Origin: Octopus sinensis
Taxonomy: Eukaryota
Length of the DNA: 64,000 bases
Assembly (NCBI RefSeq): GCF_006345805.1
Contig: NC_043002.1
Span: 9,052,001 to 9,116,000 of the forward strand
Direction: 5' to 3'
The notes beneath the pieces are model-generated. The model searched no databases and was not told the origin of the DNA. It saw only the letters and a program-made list of their open reading frames with translations. The number at the start of each line of letters is the position of its first letter. Positions within the stretch are counted from its first letter, which is position 1. A program made the position numbers and the translations under genes. Of this stretch, positions 38,481 to 52,040 are shown piece by piece.

Positions 38481-39873
38481 TTCTGCCAGCTCACCGCCTT
38501 AACTTATACCATCTGGAATATGACCACACAATCGAAATCAAAAAATGGCTAACATTTAGTTGTTCATGTATAGTATGCATCTCTAATTTTTAGGTTTAGA
38601 AATCTTTAAAAAAATTACATTATATATTTGTTTTGCAAGATTTTTATGTGAAATCGTGTGTTGAAACAGATGTTGTTGTATTTAGGAATGGTCATTTTGC
38701 CAGTTTAGCCAATAAAAACGCACGCGCTATATATTTGGTGTTACTTTGCTTCAGCCGAAATAAGATCAAGATTAATGTAAAAAATAAATAACGCTGAAGC
38801 AAAGTAACACCAAGTATATAGTGTGTGTGTTTTTATTGGCTAAACTGGCAAAAGGACCATTCCGAAATACAACAATGTTTTTTTTAAATTATTATGCACA
38901 AATGAATATGACATGTATTGAAGCGATATGTTAGAAACATGACACTATCTGTTCAAATTGTCTTCTAACGATTTTAGGATTCTGAGACTGAGACCTTCTA
39001 GTATATATTTCTTTATTCCCCACAAGGGGCTAAACATAGAGGGGACAAACAAAGACAGACAAAGGGATTAAGTCGATTACATCGACCCCAGTGCGTAACT
39101 GGTACTTTATTTATCAACCCCGAAAAGATGAAGGCAAAGTCGACCTCGGCGGGATTTGGACTCAGAATGTAACGGCAGACGAAATTCGGCTACGCATTTC
39201 GCCTGGCATGCTGACATTTCTGCCAGCTCACCGCCTTAACTTATACCATCTGGAATATGACCACACAATCGAAATCAAAAAATGGCTAACATTTAGTTGT
39301 TCATGTATAGTATGCATCTCTAATTTTTAGGTTTAGAAATCTTTAAAAAAATTACATTTATATATTTGTTTTGCAAGATTTTTTATGTGAAATCGTGTGT
39401 TGAAACAGATGTTGTTGTATTTAGGAATGGTCATTTTGCCAGTTTAGCCAATAAAAACGCACGCGCTATATATTTGGTGTTACTTTGCTTCAGCCGAAAT
39501 AAGATCAAGATTAATGTAAAAAATAAATAACGCTGAAGCAAAGTAACACCAAGTATATAGTGTGTGTGTTTTTATTGGCTAAACTGGCAAAAGGACCATT
39601 CCGAAATACAACAATGTTTTTTTAAATTATTATGCACAAATGAATATGACATGTATTGAAGCGATATGTTTAGAAACATGACACTATCTGTTCAAATTGT
39701 CTTCTAACGATTTTAGGATTCTGAGACTGAGACCTTTCTAGTATATATTTCTTTATTCCCCACAAGGGGCTAAACATAGAGGGGACAAACAAAGACAGAC
39801 AAAGGGATTAAGTCGATTACATCGACCCCAGTGCGTAACTGGTACTTTATTTATCAACCCCGAAAAGATGAAA
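38396..39873. repeat. Tandem duplication of a 737/741-bp unit
   Basis: GGCAAAGTCGACC starts at 38396, 39133 and 39874; the differences I found between units are homopolymer lengths. Confidence 0.92.
38673..38875. mobile_element. Hairpin MITE, 83-bp arms and 37-nt loop (duplicated at 39412-39614)
   Basis: TTGTTGTATTTAGGAATGGTC..GCTTCAGC / GCTGAAGC..GACCATTCCGAAATACAACAA. Confidence 0.8.
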
Positions 39874-40485
39874 GGCAAAGTCGACCTCAGCAGAATTTGA
39901 ACTCAGAACGTAACGGCAGACGAAATACGGCTACGCATTTCGCCCGGCGTGCTAATGATTCTGCCAGCTCACCGCCTTTCCAGAATACGTATTATATATT
40001 TCTTTATTGCCCACAAAGGGCTAGACATAGAGGGGACAAACAAAGAAAGACAAAGAGATTAAGTCAATTAGATCGACCCCAGTGAGTAACTGGTACTTTA
40101 TTTATCGACCCTGAAAGGATGAAAGGCAAAGTTGACCTCGGCGGAATTTGAACCCAGAACGTAGCGGCAGACGAAATACGGCTACGCATTTCGCCCAGCA
40201 TACTAGTATAGCCCCCCTGCCCTCTTCATTTTTTGACTATATTTCTGTTTCCTTACTTGTTGTGGGTTTTATGTAAGCTGGAATAGAAGTAAGGTTGTTG
40301 GAGATAGATACGTGGCCAATTCATTCGAAAGAAACCTTCTTGATTATGGTAGTAGGGTTCTATAGTGTATTGGGAGGATTTGTTTGAACAGATGCCATAG
40401 AAAACTCTAAAATGTCAAAGACTAGGGAAGGAGATACTAGTGTTAAATCCTACTGAAAAACAATTGAGAACTAATTAATACTTAC

Positions 40486-40631
40486 CATAAAAAATTGGTT
40501 GGCAATAGTAAGATAAGCTACAACAAATAAAGGGTCAAGTTCCATAGCTTTGGTGCTGTGTTTGAAGGCTTCATTGAATCTCCCAGCCAGGGAATAGATC
40601 TCAGAGAGTTTCAAGTGAACTTCAGTATTAG
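40486..40631 (-). CDS. JmjC-TPR protein exon (TPR1/TPR2)
   Basis: ttttcag|CT ... ATG|gtaag, 146 nt, phase 1-0, (A)NTEVHLKLSEIYSLAGRFNEAFKHSTKAMELDPLFVVAYLTIANQFFM. Confidence 0.92.
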
Positions 40632-42556
40632 CTGAAAACGAAAAAGAAAGTAAATACATATAATTAGATAGAATGTATAATTTGTAAGTAAGTTACATTG
40701 CTCATCCCCAAAAGTTTTCTGCCCTGAGTCATCTATCATAATAAATGTAAAAACAAAAATTACATTTCGTTTTGGGATTTGGTTTGCAAGATTCTTTATA
40801 TGAGTTCTGTTGTATCTGGGGAGAGTCATTTTCTTTTTGTGCCTTATTATTTAACACACACACCAGTAAAATTTCCACTTTTTTTTCTTATTTTTTTATT
40901 GTCCTAAAATTTTCGTTGTGCCCTTGCAACCTTTTCAATAGGTTTGACCCTCGTTTTTAAAAATAAAAAAAAAATTTTAAATAAGAAAAAAGTGGAAATT
41001 TTACCGGTGAGTGTGTTAAATAATAAGGCACAAAAAGAAAATGACTCCCCCAGACACAAAAATTACATCTTTCACCAAATATTATGTACTCCAGTGAATG
41101 AAGAAAAAAAATACATCTGCAAGTCCTAATGAAGGTAATAGTAAAGTGTACTCTGGCCTACTAATAAAGTAACCCAAGAAATTCCACTTTACTAATATTA
41201 TATCATTAGCGGTGCACAAGAGCATTTTGTAGTAAGAGTTTCAGTGACATTTTTTTTGAAATGCTCGGAAAGCATCCTTACTTCAGTGTCCAAACTGGCA
41301 GTGAAGGTGGATGCTTAGAAAATATAGTAGAACAGAGATGAGAGAGAGAGTTCAATTGCCTCTGATAGCAACAAAGGGATTCTCTCTTCAGACGAAAGGT
41401 AGACTGTATGATGCTCAGTAGCAAAACATTACAGAAATGCATATTTATCTATGCTCAGTTGAAAAACAAACGTGAAGAGAAACATTTTCTTTTTAATTAT
41501 TTTTTATTATATAAATATAACATTTTATATTATTTACAGTAAGAAAGATAACTTTGTCGTGAAGAAAAACGACTATGAATTCCTTAACTAATTTCTTCTT
41601 TCTATCTAATACATTAACCAACAAATCAAAATAGATTTGTGATTAACTTAGACATGGCATAAAATTTACCGATGTCTCCAAAAGAGTGAGTGACGTGGAG
41701 TTCCGTAACAACCAACGAACACTGAAATATTTTTCCAAAATCCAGGGTTTTTATAACTGCTCAACTTGACTAAAAAGAATCGAAATTCATGACAGATATT
41801 CTTTACGAAACTTCTAAAATCTTTATATGAGCAGTTATATTAACCAATGGAAAAAAACGAAAATGATAATTCTTCGGCAAAGACATATTGCCAATTCGCG
41901 CCACATTTCAAAATGGCTAAAATGGTTATTGCTACAACAGCTAGTAAGCCAAAACTTTGACATTACCATCAACCTTTTCTATCATCATCATCATCATCAT
42001 CGTTTAGCATCCGCTTTCCATGCTAGCATGGGTTGGATGGTTCGACCGGGGTCTGGGAAGCCAGGAGGCTGCACCAGACCCAGTCTGATCTAGCAGTGTT
42101 TCTACAGCTGGATGCCCTTCCTAACGCCAACCATTCCATGAGTGTAGTGGGTGCTTTTTAGGTGCCACCGGCAGAGGTGCCAGGGGAGGCTAGCAACGTC
42201 CACGATCAGTTGGTGCTTTTTACATGCCACCCTACTAAAACTACTGAGTGATCATTCAATTTAATGTTGTTTTTATATAAATCAAGCCTTTATATATCTT
42301 TCATTCATTTACTTATTTAAAAATGATGACCATCCTTTCAAAGACAGCAAAATGGGATTCAAGCAAAGAAAGAATAATGGCTCAAGCCACAAAGACAACA
42401 TCATCAAAAAAGTAAGTAAATAAATGGATGAAAGAAGCTTAAAATTTTACATGAATTTCATCTTCCAAACTCTAAGACTTTTAACATTTTATTTTTTATA
42501 GAAACACAAAAATTGAAAATTAGAGAAAAAAGAGAAATATTAAATTTTGAAGTTAC

Positions 42557-42676
42557 CAGGAAGTAGCTTGAGAAGAGATTCCTGAATCTGTGTTTGTTTA
42601 TTGATGACAAACTCTTTTTCAGTTGAATTTAGTCTCTGATTCTTGACTTCTATAATCTGTGAGTGATATTTCAATT
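42557..42676 (-). CDS. JmjC-TPR protein exon (helical linker)
   Basis: catttcag|AA ... CCTG|gtaac, 120 nt, phase 1-1, open: (E)LKYHSQIIEVKNQRLNSTEKEFVINKQTQIQESLLKLLP. Being symmetric, it is not required for frame. Confidence 0.75.
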
Positions 42677-43794
42677 CTGAAATGGAAAGCAGATCAAAAT
42701 TAGAGAACGAAATTGTCGGCCACCTTATTTGAATCCAGTGCCATCATGTTTTCATGAAAGTCATCTAGAGTTATCTTCCCTGTCACATCGTTAGCAACTA
42801 GATGGCGCTCGTTACATAGCTATAAAAGATGCACACAGACAGGTAACATCCTCTTTTCCTCTCCGAGCTGGCAGAAGCTTTAGCACGCCGAGCGAAATGC
42901 GTAGCCGTATTTCGTCTGCCGCTACGTTGTGAGTTTAAATTCCGCCGAGGTCAACTTTGCCTTTCATCCTTTCGGGGTCGATAAATTAAGTACCAGTTAC
43001 TCACTGGGGTAGATGTAATCGACTTTGTCTGTCCTTGTTTGTCCCCTCTATGTTTAGCCCCTTGTGGGCAATAAAGAAATATCTTTTCCTCTCACACACT
43101 GCCTGCAGCTAGCTACGGTTTTCTCCATCTCTGTTCCTGCTACAAGACAATTTCTCGTTGATTGAATTTTCTTAAATCTTCTTTCACCAGTCATGGAATG
43201 TGGCAAGACGAAAACATTTCCTTATTCAAATTCCATTCTGTTCTATTGAATGTTAAAGTACAAGCTGTGTAAACACTCTCATCCCAGACTCCAGTCTGAT
43301 TTGGCATGGCTTTCTACAGCTGGATGCCCTTCCTAATGCCTGTATTCTACATATTCATGTGCTTGTGTGTGCATGCAGTGCACACACACACACACACACA
43401 CATGAATATGCAGAATACATACATATGTGCACACACACACACACACACATGTGCGCACGCATGCATGCACCACTATTGGAAGACTACAGTTTAACCCTTT
43501 TGTTACCATATTTCTGTTGAGATGTTCTGTGTTTCTTTCAATTAATTTTAAATATAACAAAGAATTCAGTAAAATTACTAAGTTACCATTCAGCTAGTGT
43601 TAGGAACAAAAATTACGATTAAGGATTAGTGGAAGATTTTAATTCAAAACTTATGAAAACAAGACATTTGTACTACAGAGCCAGAGGCGGTTTCAGCCAG
43701 GTTGGTAACGAAAGGGTTAAGCTGAAAAATTCTTCAGAGGTGCTGACATTAAAAAACAGAAAACAGACTGACAAATTTAGCTGTCTGTGAATAC

Positions 43795-43897
43795 CTTCAT
43801 AAAATAATTTTTCAATTTCGGTGGCTGGTTCTTTCTTCTGGATCCCAATTGCTACTGTATCACCAATATTGAGTGTGCTGTGGTAATAGGACTCAGG
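43795..43897 (-). CDS. JmjC-TPR protein exon (distal metal-binding His)
   Basis: tttctatag|CCT ... GAAG|gtatt, 103 nt, phase 0-1, PESYYHSTLNIGDTVAIGIQKKEPATEIEKLFYE. Confidence 0.92.
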
Positions 43898-45100
43898 CTA
43901 TAGAAAAAAAAGAAAGAATAAATATAAAAAAAAGCACAAATGATATCAGTATACATTATGATATATGGAAAATTGAAATCAAGCGAGCTTTACCCCTTTG
44001 TGCTTAATGTGTTGTTTCCATCCATGTTGTGCTGTCTGTATAAATAAATAGTCTTTCACAATAAGATGATAGTAGGGTGCCAAGATCACCATCTGAGCGT
44101 GATCGTTGCCAGAGCAGGCAACTGGCTTCCGTGCCAGTGGCATGTAAAGGGGCACCATTCGAGTGTGATCGTTACCAACGTCGCCTTACTGGCACCTGTG
44201 TCGGTGGCATGTGTACAAGATTCGAGCGAGGTCTTTGCCAGTACCCACTGACTGGCCCCCGTGCCGGTGGCACGTAAAAAGCACCCACTACACTCTCGGA
44301 GTGGTTGGCATTAGGAAGGGCATCCAGCTGTAGAAACACTGCCAGATCAGACTGGAGCCTGGTGCAGCCATCTGGTTTGCCAGCCCTCAGTCAAACCGTC
44401 CAACCCATGCTAGCATGGAAAGCAGACAATAAACGATGGTGATGATGATGATATATGTCTATACTACCTGTAAATATATTGTGATGATGTCGTTGATTTA
44501 TGGGCAAAATTAGCACAGTTATAGGTAAGAGATACAGGGTGTCAGCCTAAAAGTCAAAGAATCCATAATTTATTTATCGTTTACTTGTTTCAGTCATTTA
44601 ACTGTGGCCATGCTGGGGTACCACCTTGAAGAATTCTTAATGGAACAAATCATCCCCCAGTACTTATTTTCTATGCCTGTTACTTATTCTAATGGGTCTC
44701 TTTTTGCTGAACCATTGGCTGTCAAGTAGTGGTGGTGGTGGGGGTGCACACAGACACACATATACAATGGGCTTCTTTCAGTTTCCATCAATCAAATCTA
44801 CTCACAAGGCTTTGGTCAACAAATGAAATAGGGATAAGAATGTGCATTGTCCGTTTAATTGGAAAATCCTATAAGTGACTGAAGATTGCTCGACATTTTA
44901 AAACTGATGTAATACTTACAGTGTTTAATAAAATGAAGTAGCATGAAACAATTGTACTACTCTACCTCAGATATACTTGTTGCTTATTTTGATTATAATC
45001 ACCCCATTTGATTTATATGGATAATACCATAAAAAATTCTGGTGCCTTTGACTTAAGTACCATATTCATCTGAATCTAAATTTTGCTGAACTTATAATAT

Positions 45101-45154
<54 letters not shown>

Positions 45155-45954
45155 ACCCATTATTGAGTGTTTCTAGCTGATATGACTTTGAAAAGACTTC
45201 CAGTTTTTGACAAGTTGCTATGGATGGTTTAATGATTACAGAGCTATTCCAGATGCTTAAGCTACTCAAGTTATTCTGCTCTACACAGACCATGTCTGTT
45301 GTAAAATGATTTGAATAAAATTACAAGGTTAATATCTCTCTTGAGACATAACAGAAATTTATAGTCAACAGTATCTTATTCTGTACTGTAACCATTCACT
45401 GAAAGGCTGAAATTTCATTAAAACAGCAAATGTTTCAAATTTGGCCATTTGCACACACGCACACACACACACACACACTCACACTTTCCAACAAACAATA
45501 TAAATATACACATATAGGCGTAGGAGTGACTGTGTGATAAGAAGTTTGCTTCCCAACCATATGGTTCCGGGTTCAATCCCACTGCATGTCACCTTTGGCA
45601 AGTATCTTCTACTATAGACCCAAGCCGACCAAAGCCTTGTGAGTGGATTTGGTAGACAGAAACTGAAATAAGCCCATCATGTATATATATATATATTATA
45701 TATATATATATATAATATTAATTAGAGACAAAACCACTAAATTTGGATTTATTCCCTAATATTTATTATATATATATATATATATTATATATATATATAT
45801 AATAATTATTTGAGGGAATATTATTCCTAACTTACAGGGAAAAAATTCAATTTAGAAATACTAAATCAAATTTCACAAGATATAATATATATATATATAT
45901 AAAAATTAGAAAAAACCACCTTTTATCAATTCAAAATGAACAACTAAATTACAC

Positions 45955-46198
45955 CATCTACAAAATTACATATAATAGAAATATTAAAATTAAAATAACA
46001 ATAATATACCGATGATTAAGTAAATTGCAAAAAAATAATAAAAACGTATAAAATCATCATCATCATCATCATCAAACATCCGCTTTCCATGCTAGCATGG
46101 ATTACGTTTTAATTTTTTTTTTTTGCAATTTACTTAATCTTCGGTATATTATTGTTATTTTAATTTTAATATTTCTATTATATGTCATTTTCTAGATG
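45955..46198. repeat. Inverted duplication (about 95-bp arms) around a 54-bp family B tail fragment
   Basis: 45955-46048 is nearly the reverse complement of 46103-46198. Confidence 0.85.
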
Positions 46199-48321
46199 AA
46201 AGGCAACACCAACCTCAGCAGAATTTGAACTCCGAATGTAAAGATGGATTAAATTTCGCAAAACATTTTATCCAGCATGCTAACGATTCTGTCAGATCAC
46301 CACATTCATCATTATCATCATTAAACATCTATTTTCCTTGTTGGCATGTGTCGGACAGTTTGATAATAGCTGGCAAGGCCAGGAGCAGCACCAGGTTCCA
46401 CAATCTGCTTCGGCATGGTTTCTACAGCTGGATGCCCTTCCTAATGCCATAGTGTATTGGGTGCTTTTCACATGGAACCAGCACCAGTACTGTTTGCATG
46501 GCATCATCACCAATGAGCCTTAATAACGCATACAATGCTAAGATGTTTCCTCTTCAATTATTTTCAGTTTCTTAGTAATAACCTGATGAAAGAGAAATCT
46601 TCCTCATCTCATATTTTTTACTATATGCAGTACATCAACATCAAAATAAAAATTGCAGTTAAGACACCCATGCCGGTGACACGTAAAAAGCACCGTCCGA
46701 ATGTGACAGATGCCAGCACCGCCTGACTGACGTCCGTGTCGGTGACACGTAAAAGCACCAACCGATCGTGGCCGTTTGCCAGCCTGCTCTGGCCCCTGTG
46801 CCGGTGGCACATAAAAAGCACCCGCTACACTCATGGAGTGGTTGGCATTAGGAAGGGCAACTAGCTGTAGAAACACTGCCGAATCAGACTGGAGCCTGGT
46901 GCAGCCTCCATGGCTTCCAGACCCCAGTCGAACCATCCAACCCATACTAGCATGGAAAACGGACATAATGATGATGATGATGATGAGGAGGAGGAGGAGG
47001 AGGAGGAGGAGGACTGAAATCAGCACAGCAATTCCTTAGTTTTGCAGTGCCATAATTGCTTGATAGAGCTTTGTGTTGATTTCCATATCAGCATATTCCA
47101 ATTGTAATTTTTATGTCTATATTCTGACATATCTGAAGAATATGTCTACAGCAGACAATGACTTTCATCTTATCTAATATGCAAATGAGAAATTCCATAT
47201 GAGAATAGCATTAGGAAGTATTACTACCATTAAGTACTAAGAAAACACTTTCTTTAGAACAGTATTAACTTTGAAATTCATATTCTCTTCTTAGCAGACA
47301 GAATCAACAAAGCATTTATTGTATTTCAATTTCATGTAGTCTCAGAAGATTAAATAAATAAAAAAAGAGGAAAACATTAATATTTTACTTTTTATTTAGG
47401 GAAAATATTGGCAGTATCATTAAATCCCCAAACTATATTTTATAATCTGTAAAAAATTGATATTTCAAAAAGAAAAAAAATTTATTTAATTTAATTCACA
47501 TGGAAATATTTTCTATAAAGATAAACAGAAAATAAGTTTTATTTCCATGGTCATACATAGCAAATCTCACAGTCCTTTGTAATAAATATATGTTATTCAA
47601 CAATATTTTTTCTAAAGAATTTGAAAGAATCAACCAAGGGAACTGAAATCTGCTGAAAGATTATTTCACATACCAAACTTAATGCTGAATTTGAAAGAAT
47701 AAATAAATAGATAGATAGACTGCAAGATGTCTTCTCAAATCATCCAATCTACCTAACTATAAATTGGTTGTTCAATTTGCGACAAATAGCAGCCAAGTCT
47801 AGACAGTCATGTTGTTACTGGAAAACTAGCTTGTAATCCATGTAGAATGACTTACAAGTTCCTTACAGGCCTTAAGGAAATCAAATGTAAAGTGTTTCTT
47901 AGAATGAAATGAGTTTAACCCTTTAGCATTATGATTATTCTGTCAAATGCAATGCTTATTTATTCACATTGATTTGAATTACCCATGCATTATCTTGTAG
48001 CTTCAAGAGTTTGATGATGTGGTAGTTTATTTTTAGAATGACATTGTAGAGTAGGTGTGAGGGGCCAAATCTGGCTAGTTTGAACATAAAGCGTGTTCAA
48101 AATTTTGACTGGATATGGCCAGTTTAAATGATGAAGGTAACAGATTTGAGAAGGATTTAGTTGTTGTTTCTAGCAACTAGAATGACATGTAAAGTTTCCC
48201 TCATTGACTCACATAGGTTGAATGATTATGCTGTTGTCAGTGCGACTGGATTTGGGTATAAGTGAAAAATATTTTGATTGGATGTTAGAGAGAAAGCATT
48301 TAAAATCTTAGTTCAAAGTAT

Positions 48322-48720
48322 GTAAGCAGGAGTGGCTGTGTGGTAAGTAGCTTGCTTACTAACCACATGGTTCCGGGTTCAGTCCCACTGCATGGTACCT
48401 TGGGCAAGTGTCTTCTACTATAGCCTCGGGCCGACCAAAACCTTGTGAATGGATTTGATAGCCCGTCGTATATATGTATATATATATATATATGTGTGTG
48501 TGTATGTTTGTGTGTCTGTGTTTGTCCCCCTAGCATTGCTTGACAACCGATGCTGGTGTGTTTACATACCCGTAACTTAGCGGTTCGGCAAAAGAGACCG
48601 ATAGAATAAGTACTAGGCTTACAAAGAATGAGTCCTGGGGTCGATTTCTGCGACTAAAGGCGGTGCTCCAGCATGGCCACAGTCACATGACTGAAACAAA
48701 GTAAAAGAGTAAATAAGAGT
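48322..48720 (+). mobile_element. tRNA-type SINE family A
   Basis: Same head and tail as 5909-6407; further copies 55257-55668, 45515-45680, 63765-63920. Confidence 0.88.
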
Positions 48721-48796
48721 AAGCATATGATGCTAGGTTGGAAGAATGTTATGCTGTATGTAGTGTGTGGTCATGCACATTTGTAGATTTATGTGT

Positions 48797-49196
48797 TACT
48801 AGCAGTATCGCCCGGCGTTGCTCGGTTTTGTAAGGGAAATAACTATATAAGCATTTTTAGAGATGTAAAGTATAATAGCCATCTCAATATGGTTAACCAC
48901 AAGGGGGGGGGGGTGTTACTGTAGCTTTTTATGTTCTGAGATTTAATAATAAATTTTTAGAGTGTTACTTCCCTTATATATGCCAAAAATGCATTAAAAA
49001 TGGGAAAAATTGATGGTAAATTTTTTTTTTAAATCGTAGACTCATCGTAGACGTGCACTAATACCCAGAAGGGCTCGATATGAATCACGACTATAAGATA
49101 CCCGGTTTTGGTTAAACTGCACCGCAAAATGTGGGAGTAGTTAGGAATCTAAATCGAAGACAGACAGCACACAACCTCACTTTTATATATAAAGAT
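48797..49196 (+). mobile_element. Helitron/HINE-like non-autonomous element
   Basis: 5' TACTAGCAGTATCGCCCGGCGTTGC and 3' TTTTATATATAAAGAT ends. Confidence 0.6.
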
Positions 49197-49283
49197 GTAT
49201 ATATATATAAATACATTTATACTTAGCACTTTTACTATGCCTCCCCTCATGAAGACGCTTGTTTAGAAATGTAAAAGACTTAC

Positions 49284-49396
49284 CAAATAAAGGATTTCTC
49301 CAGCTTCTTGAATGCACTCTATAGGTTTATTGCTTTCATCCAAAGTTGGGTAAATTGTATCAAACCATTCCAGAATTGTAAAGCCAAATGGAATTC
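49284..49396 (-). CDS. JmjC-TPR protein exon (JmjC core)
   Basis: ttctaaag|GA ... TTG|gtaagt, 113 nt, phase 1-0, (G)IPFGFTILEWFDTIYPTLDESNKPIECIQEAGEILYL. Confidence 0.93.
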
Positions 49397-50069
49397 CTTT
49401 AGAATTACAAGACAAACAAAAATGTTTAATTTATTAGTGTTTTCAAGTAAAATACTTTAATCTTCAGTCTGTAGACACACCAAACTAATAAATAAAATTT
49501 AGAAAAAGTGATGCCCACACGTTCACGTTAAACTTCTCCTATGCAGCTTTTATCTTCCCTGTTATTAGTGTTTTTATTTGTTTGGGCAATTATCTTGGAC
49601 ATGCGTAACTAAATATACATATATACATACATGTGTACATGAATACATACAAGAATATATATAATTTGCAAAGTAATAAATAAAACATATATATTTGGTA
49701 GAATTATTATTATTGTTATTATTATTATTATTATTATTATCATACGTAAGAAAACCATCCGAACGTGGCCGTTGCCAGCACTGCCCCGACAGGCCTCCGT
49801 GCCGGTGGCACATAAAAAGCACCAATCCGATCGTGGCCATTTGCCAACCTCCTCTGGCACATAAAAAGCACCCACTACACTCATGGAGTGGTTGGCGTTA
49901 GGAAGGGCAGCCAGCCGTAGAAACATTGCCAAACCAGACTGGGCCTGGTGCAGCTTCCTGGCTTCCCAGACCCCAGTTGAACCGTCCAACCCATGCTAGC
50001 ATGGAAAGCGGACGTTAAACGATGATGATAATGATGATGATGATATATATATATTCTTTTATTCTTTTA

Positions 50070-50430
50070 CTTGTTTCAGTCATTTGACTGCGGCCATACT
50101 GGATCACCACCTTTAGTCAAACAAATCGAACCCCAGGACTTATTCTTTGTAAGCCTGGTACTTATTCTATTGGTCTCTTTACTGAACTGCTAAGTTATGG
50201 TGATGTAAACATGCCAACATCTGTAGTCAGGCAATGGTGGGGGGACAAACACAAATACATACATATATACAGATACTTATATATATAGGGAGAATTCACA
50301 AAAAAACCAAAAGACAAAAACAAGTGGTGTAGACAACAAACAGATGTTTAACGCTCAGGAAGTGAAAAAGTCTTTAACGTTTCGAGCCTACACTCTTCCA
50401 CAGAAAGGAACACAGAAAGAAACAAGGAGA

Positions 50431-50483
<53 letters not shown>

Positions 50484-50645
50484 GATGAGCTTCTTTCAGT
50501 TTCTGTCTACCAAATCTACTCACAAGGCTGTGGTTAGCCCAGGCCTATAGTAGAAGACACTAGCCCAAGTTGCCATGCAGGGAGACTGAACCTAGAACCA
50601 TGTGGTTGGGAAGCAAGCTTCTTACCATACAGCCACTCCTGCACC
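50070..50645 (-). mobile_element. Family A SINE with nested hammerhead-bearing mini-element (about 50290-50432)
   Basis: SINE head at 50645 and tail at 50070; the insert sits in the internal (TA)n. Confidence 0.8.
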
Positions 50646-50819
50646 TATATGTATATATATATAAAAGGTGATTTTTTCTAATTTATATATATACTAACTT
50701 AAAAGCTGCCCTATCATGTGGCTTTTAAGCTATATATATATATATTACAGATAAATTCCTCTATTTACATAATATTGAGGTCTCTTTCTTTCTTTTGTTA
50801 TTTTAACGTTTTTTACCAA

Positions 50820-50858
<39 letters not shown>

Positions 50859-51141
50859 AATAATATATATATATGCATATATATATATGCATATATATAT
50901 ATATATATTATTTATATCATTATTTGATTGAACGCTATGCATCCAGTTCCAAGTAAGTATATATACATATACGTACGTACGTACCTACGTACGTATGTAT
51001 GTATGTATGTATGTATGCATGCATGCATGCATGTATGTATATAGGTATGTATGTATGTATGTATGTATGTATATAGGTATGTATGTATGTATGTATATAG
51101 GTATGTATGTATGTATGTATATATGTATATAGGTATGTATG

Positions 51142-51175
<34 letters not shown>

Positions 51176-51353
51176 TGTATGTATATATGTATGTATATAG
51201 GTATGTATGTATGTATGTATGATGTATGTATGTATATATGTATGTGTGTATGTATATATGTGTGTGTGTATGTATGTATATATATATATGTATATATGTA
51301 TGTGTGTATGTACTTACGTTCAATATTAGGATTTCATTAAATATTTTCCTTAC

Positions 51354-51495
51354 CTCCAGGTGGTGCTTTCTTAGGTGGATAAAGAAACCATCTTTTCTTT
51401 CCAAAAACAACAGCATTCCAGGCATCAGCATGTTTATGGAAAGTTACCCCAGTTCCAGTTGATCCAAGGAAAAATAAGCTATCGTGCAAGTGTTC
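51354..51495 (-). CDS. JmjC-TPR protein exon (proximal HxH motif); most 5' exon found
   Basis: catttcag|GAA ... GGAG|gtaagg, 142 nt, phase 0-1, EHLHDSLFFLGSTGTGVTFHKHADAWNAVVFGKKRWFLYPPKKAPPG, resembling JMJD8 GVPFHWH..GRKRWFLYPP. Confidence 0.93.
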
Positions 51496-51850
51496 CTGAA
51501 ATGAAATCAACAGCTTCAGTAAATACATCAGCACCTATAACAAGCATTCCAAACCAAATTCTTTAGTGTTAACAACATGGCACACGAGATCAAATTATTC
51601 GTGATCTTCCTGGAAGACATAGGTGAATTACACACACACACACACAAACACATGCACTGATCCCCTCATCCACACCATCTAGTCAAGAATACAGGACCAA
51701 CAGATAGATAATACAAAAGAAACAATCTTTCTACTACTTCACCCATGGAAACAGATACACTTTCACAGACACAGACACAAACACAGTCTCTCAAATGCAC
51801 TATTCACAGAATTAACAACACACATACATCCATACATGAACACACACACA

Positions 51851-51918
<68 letters not shown>

Positions 51919-52003
51919 ATCTCTCTCAACTCCCTCTTCTAATACACTTACTCACTGAACCAACAACACTATGCAAACAGGCATACATACCTACTCAAAC
52001 ACA

Positions 52004-52040
<37 letters not shown>

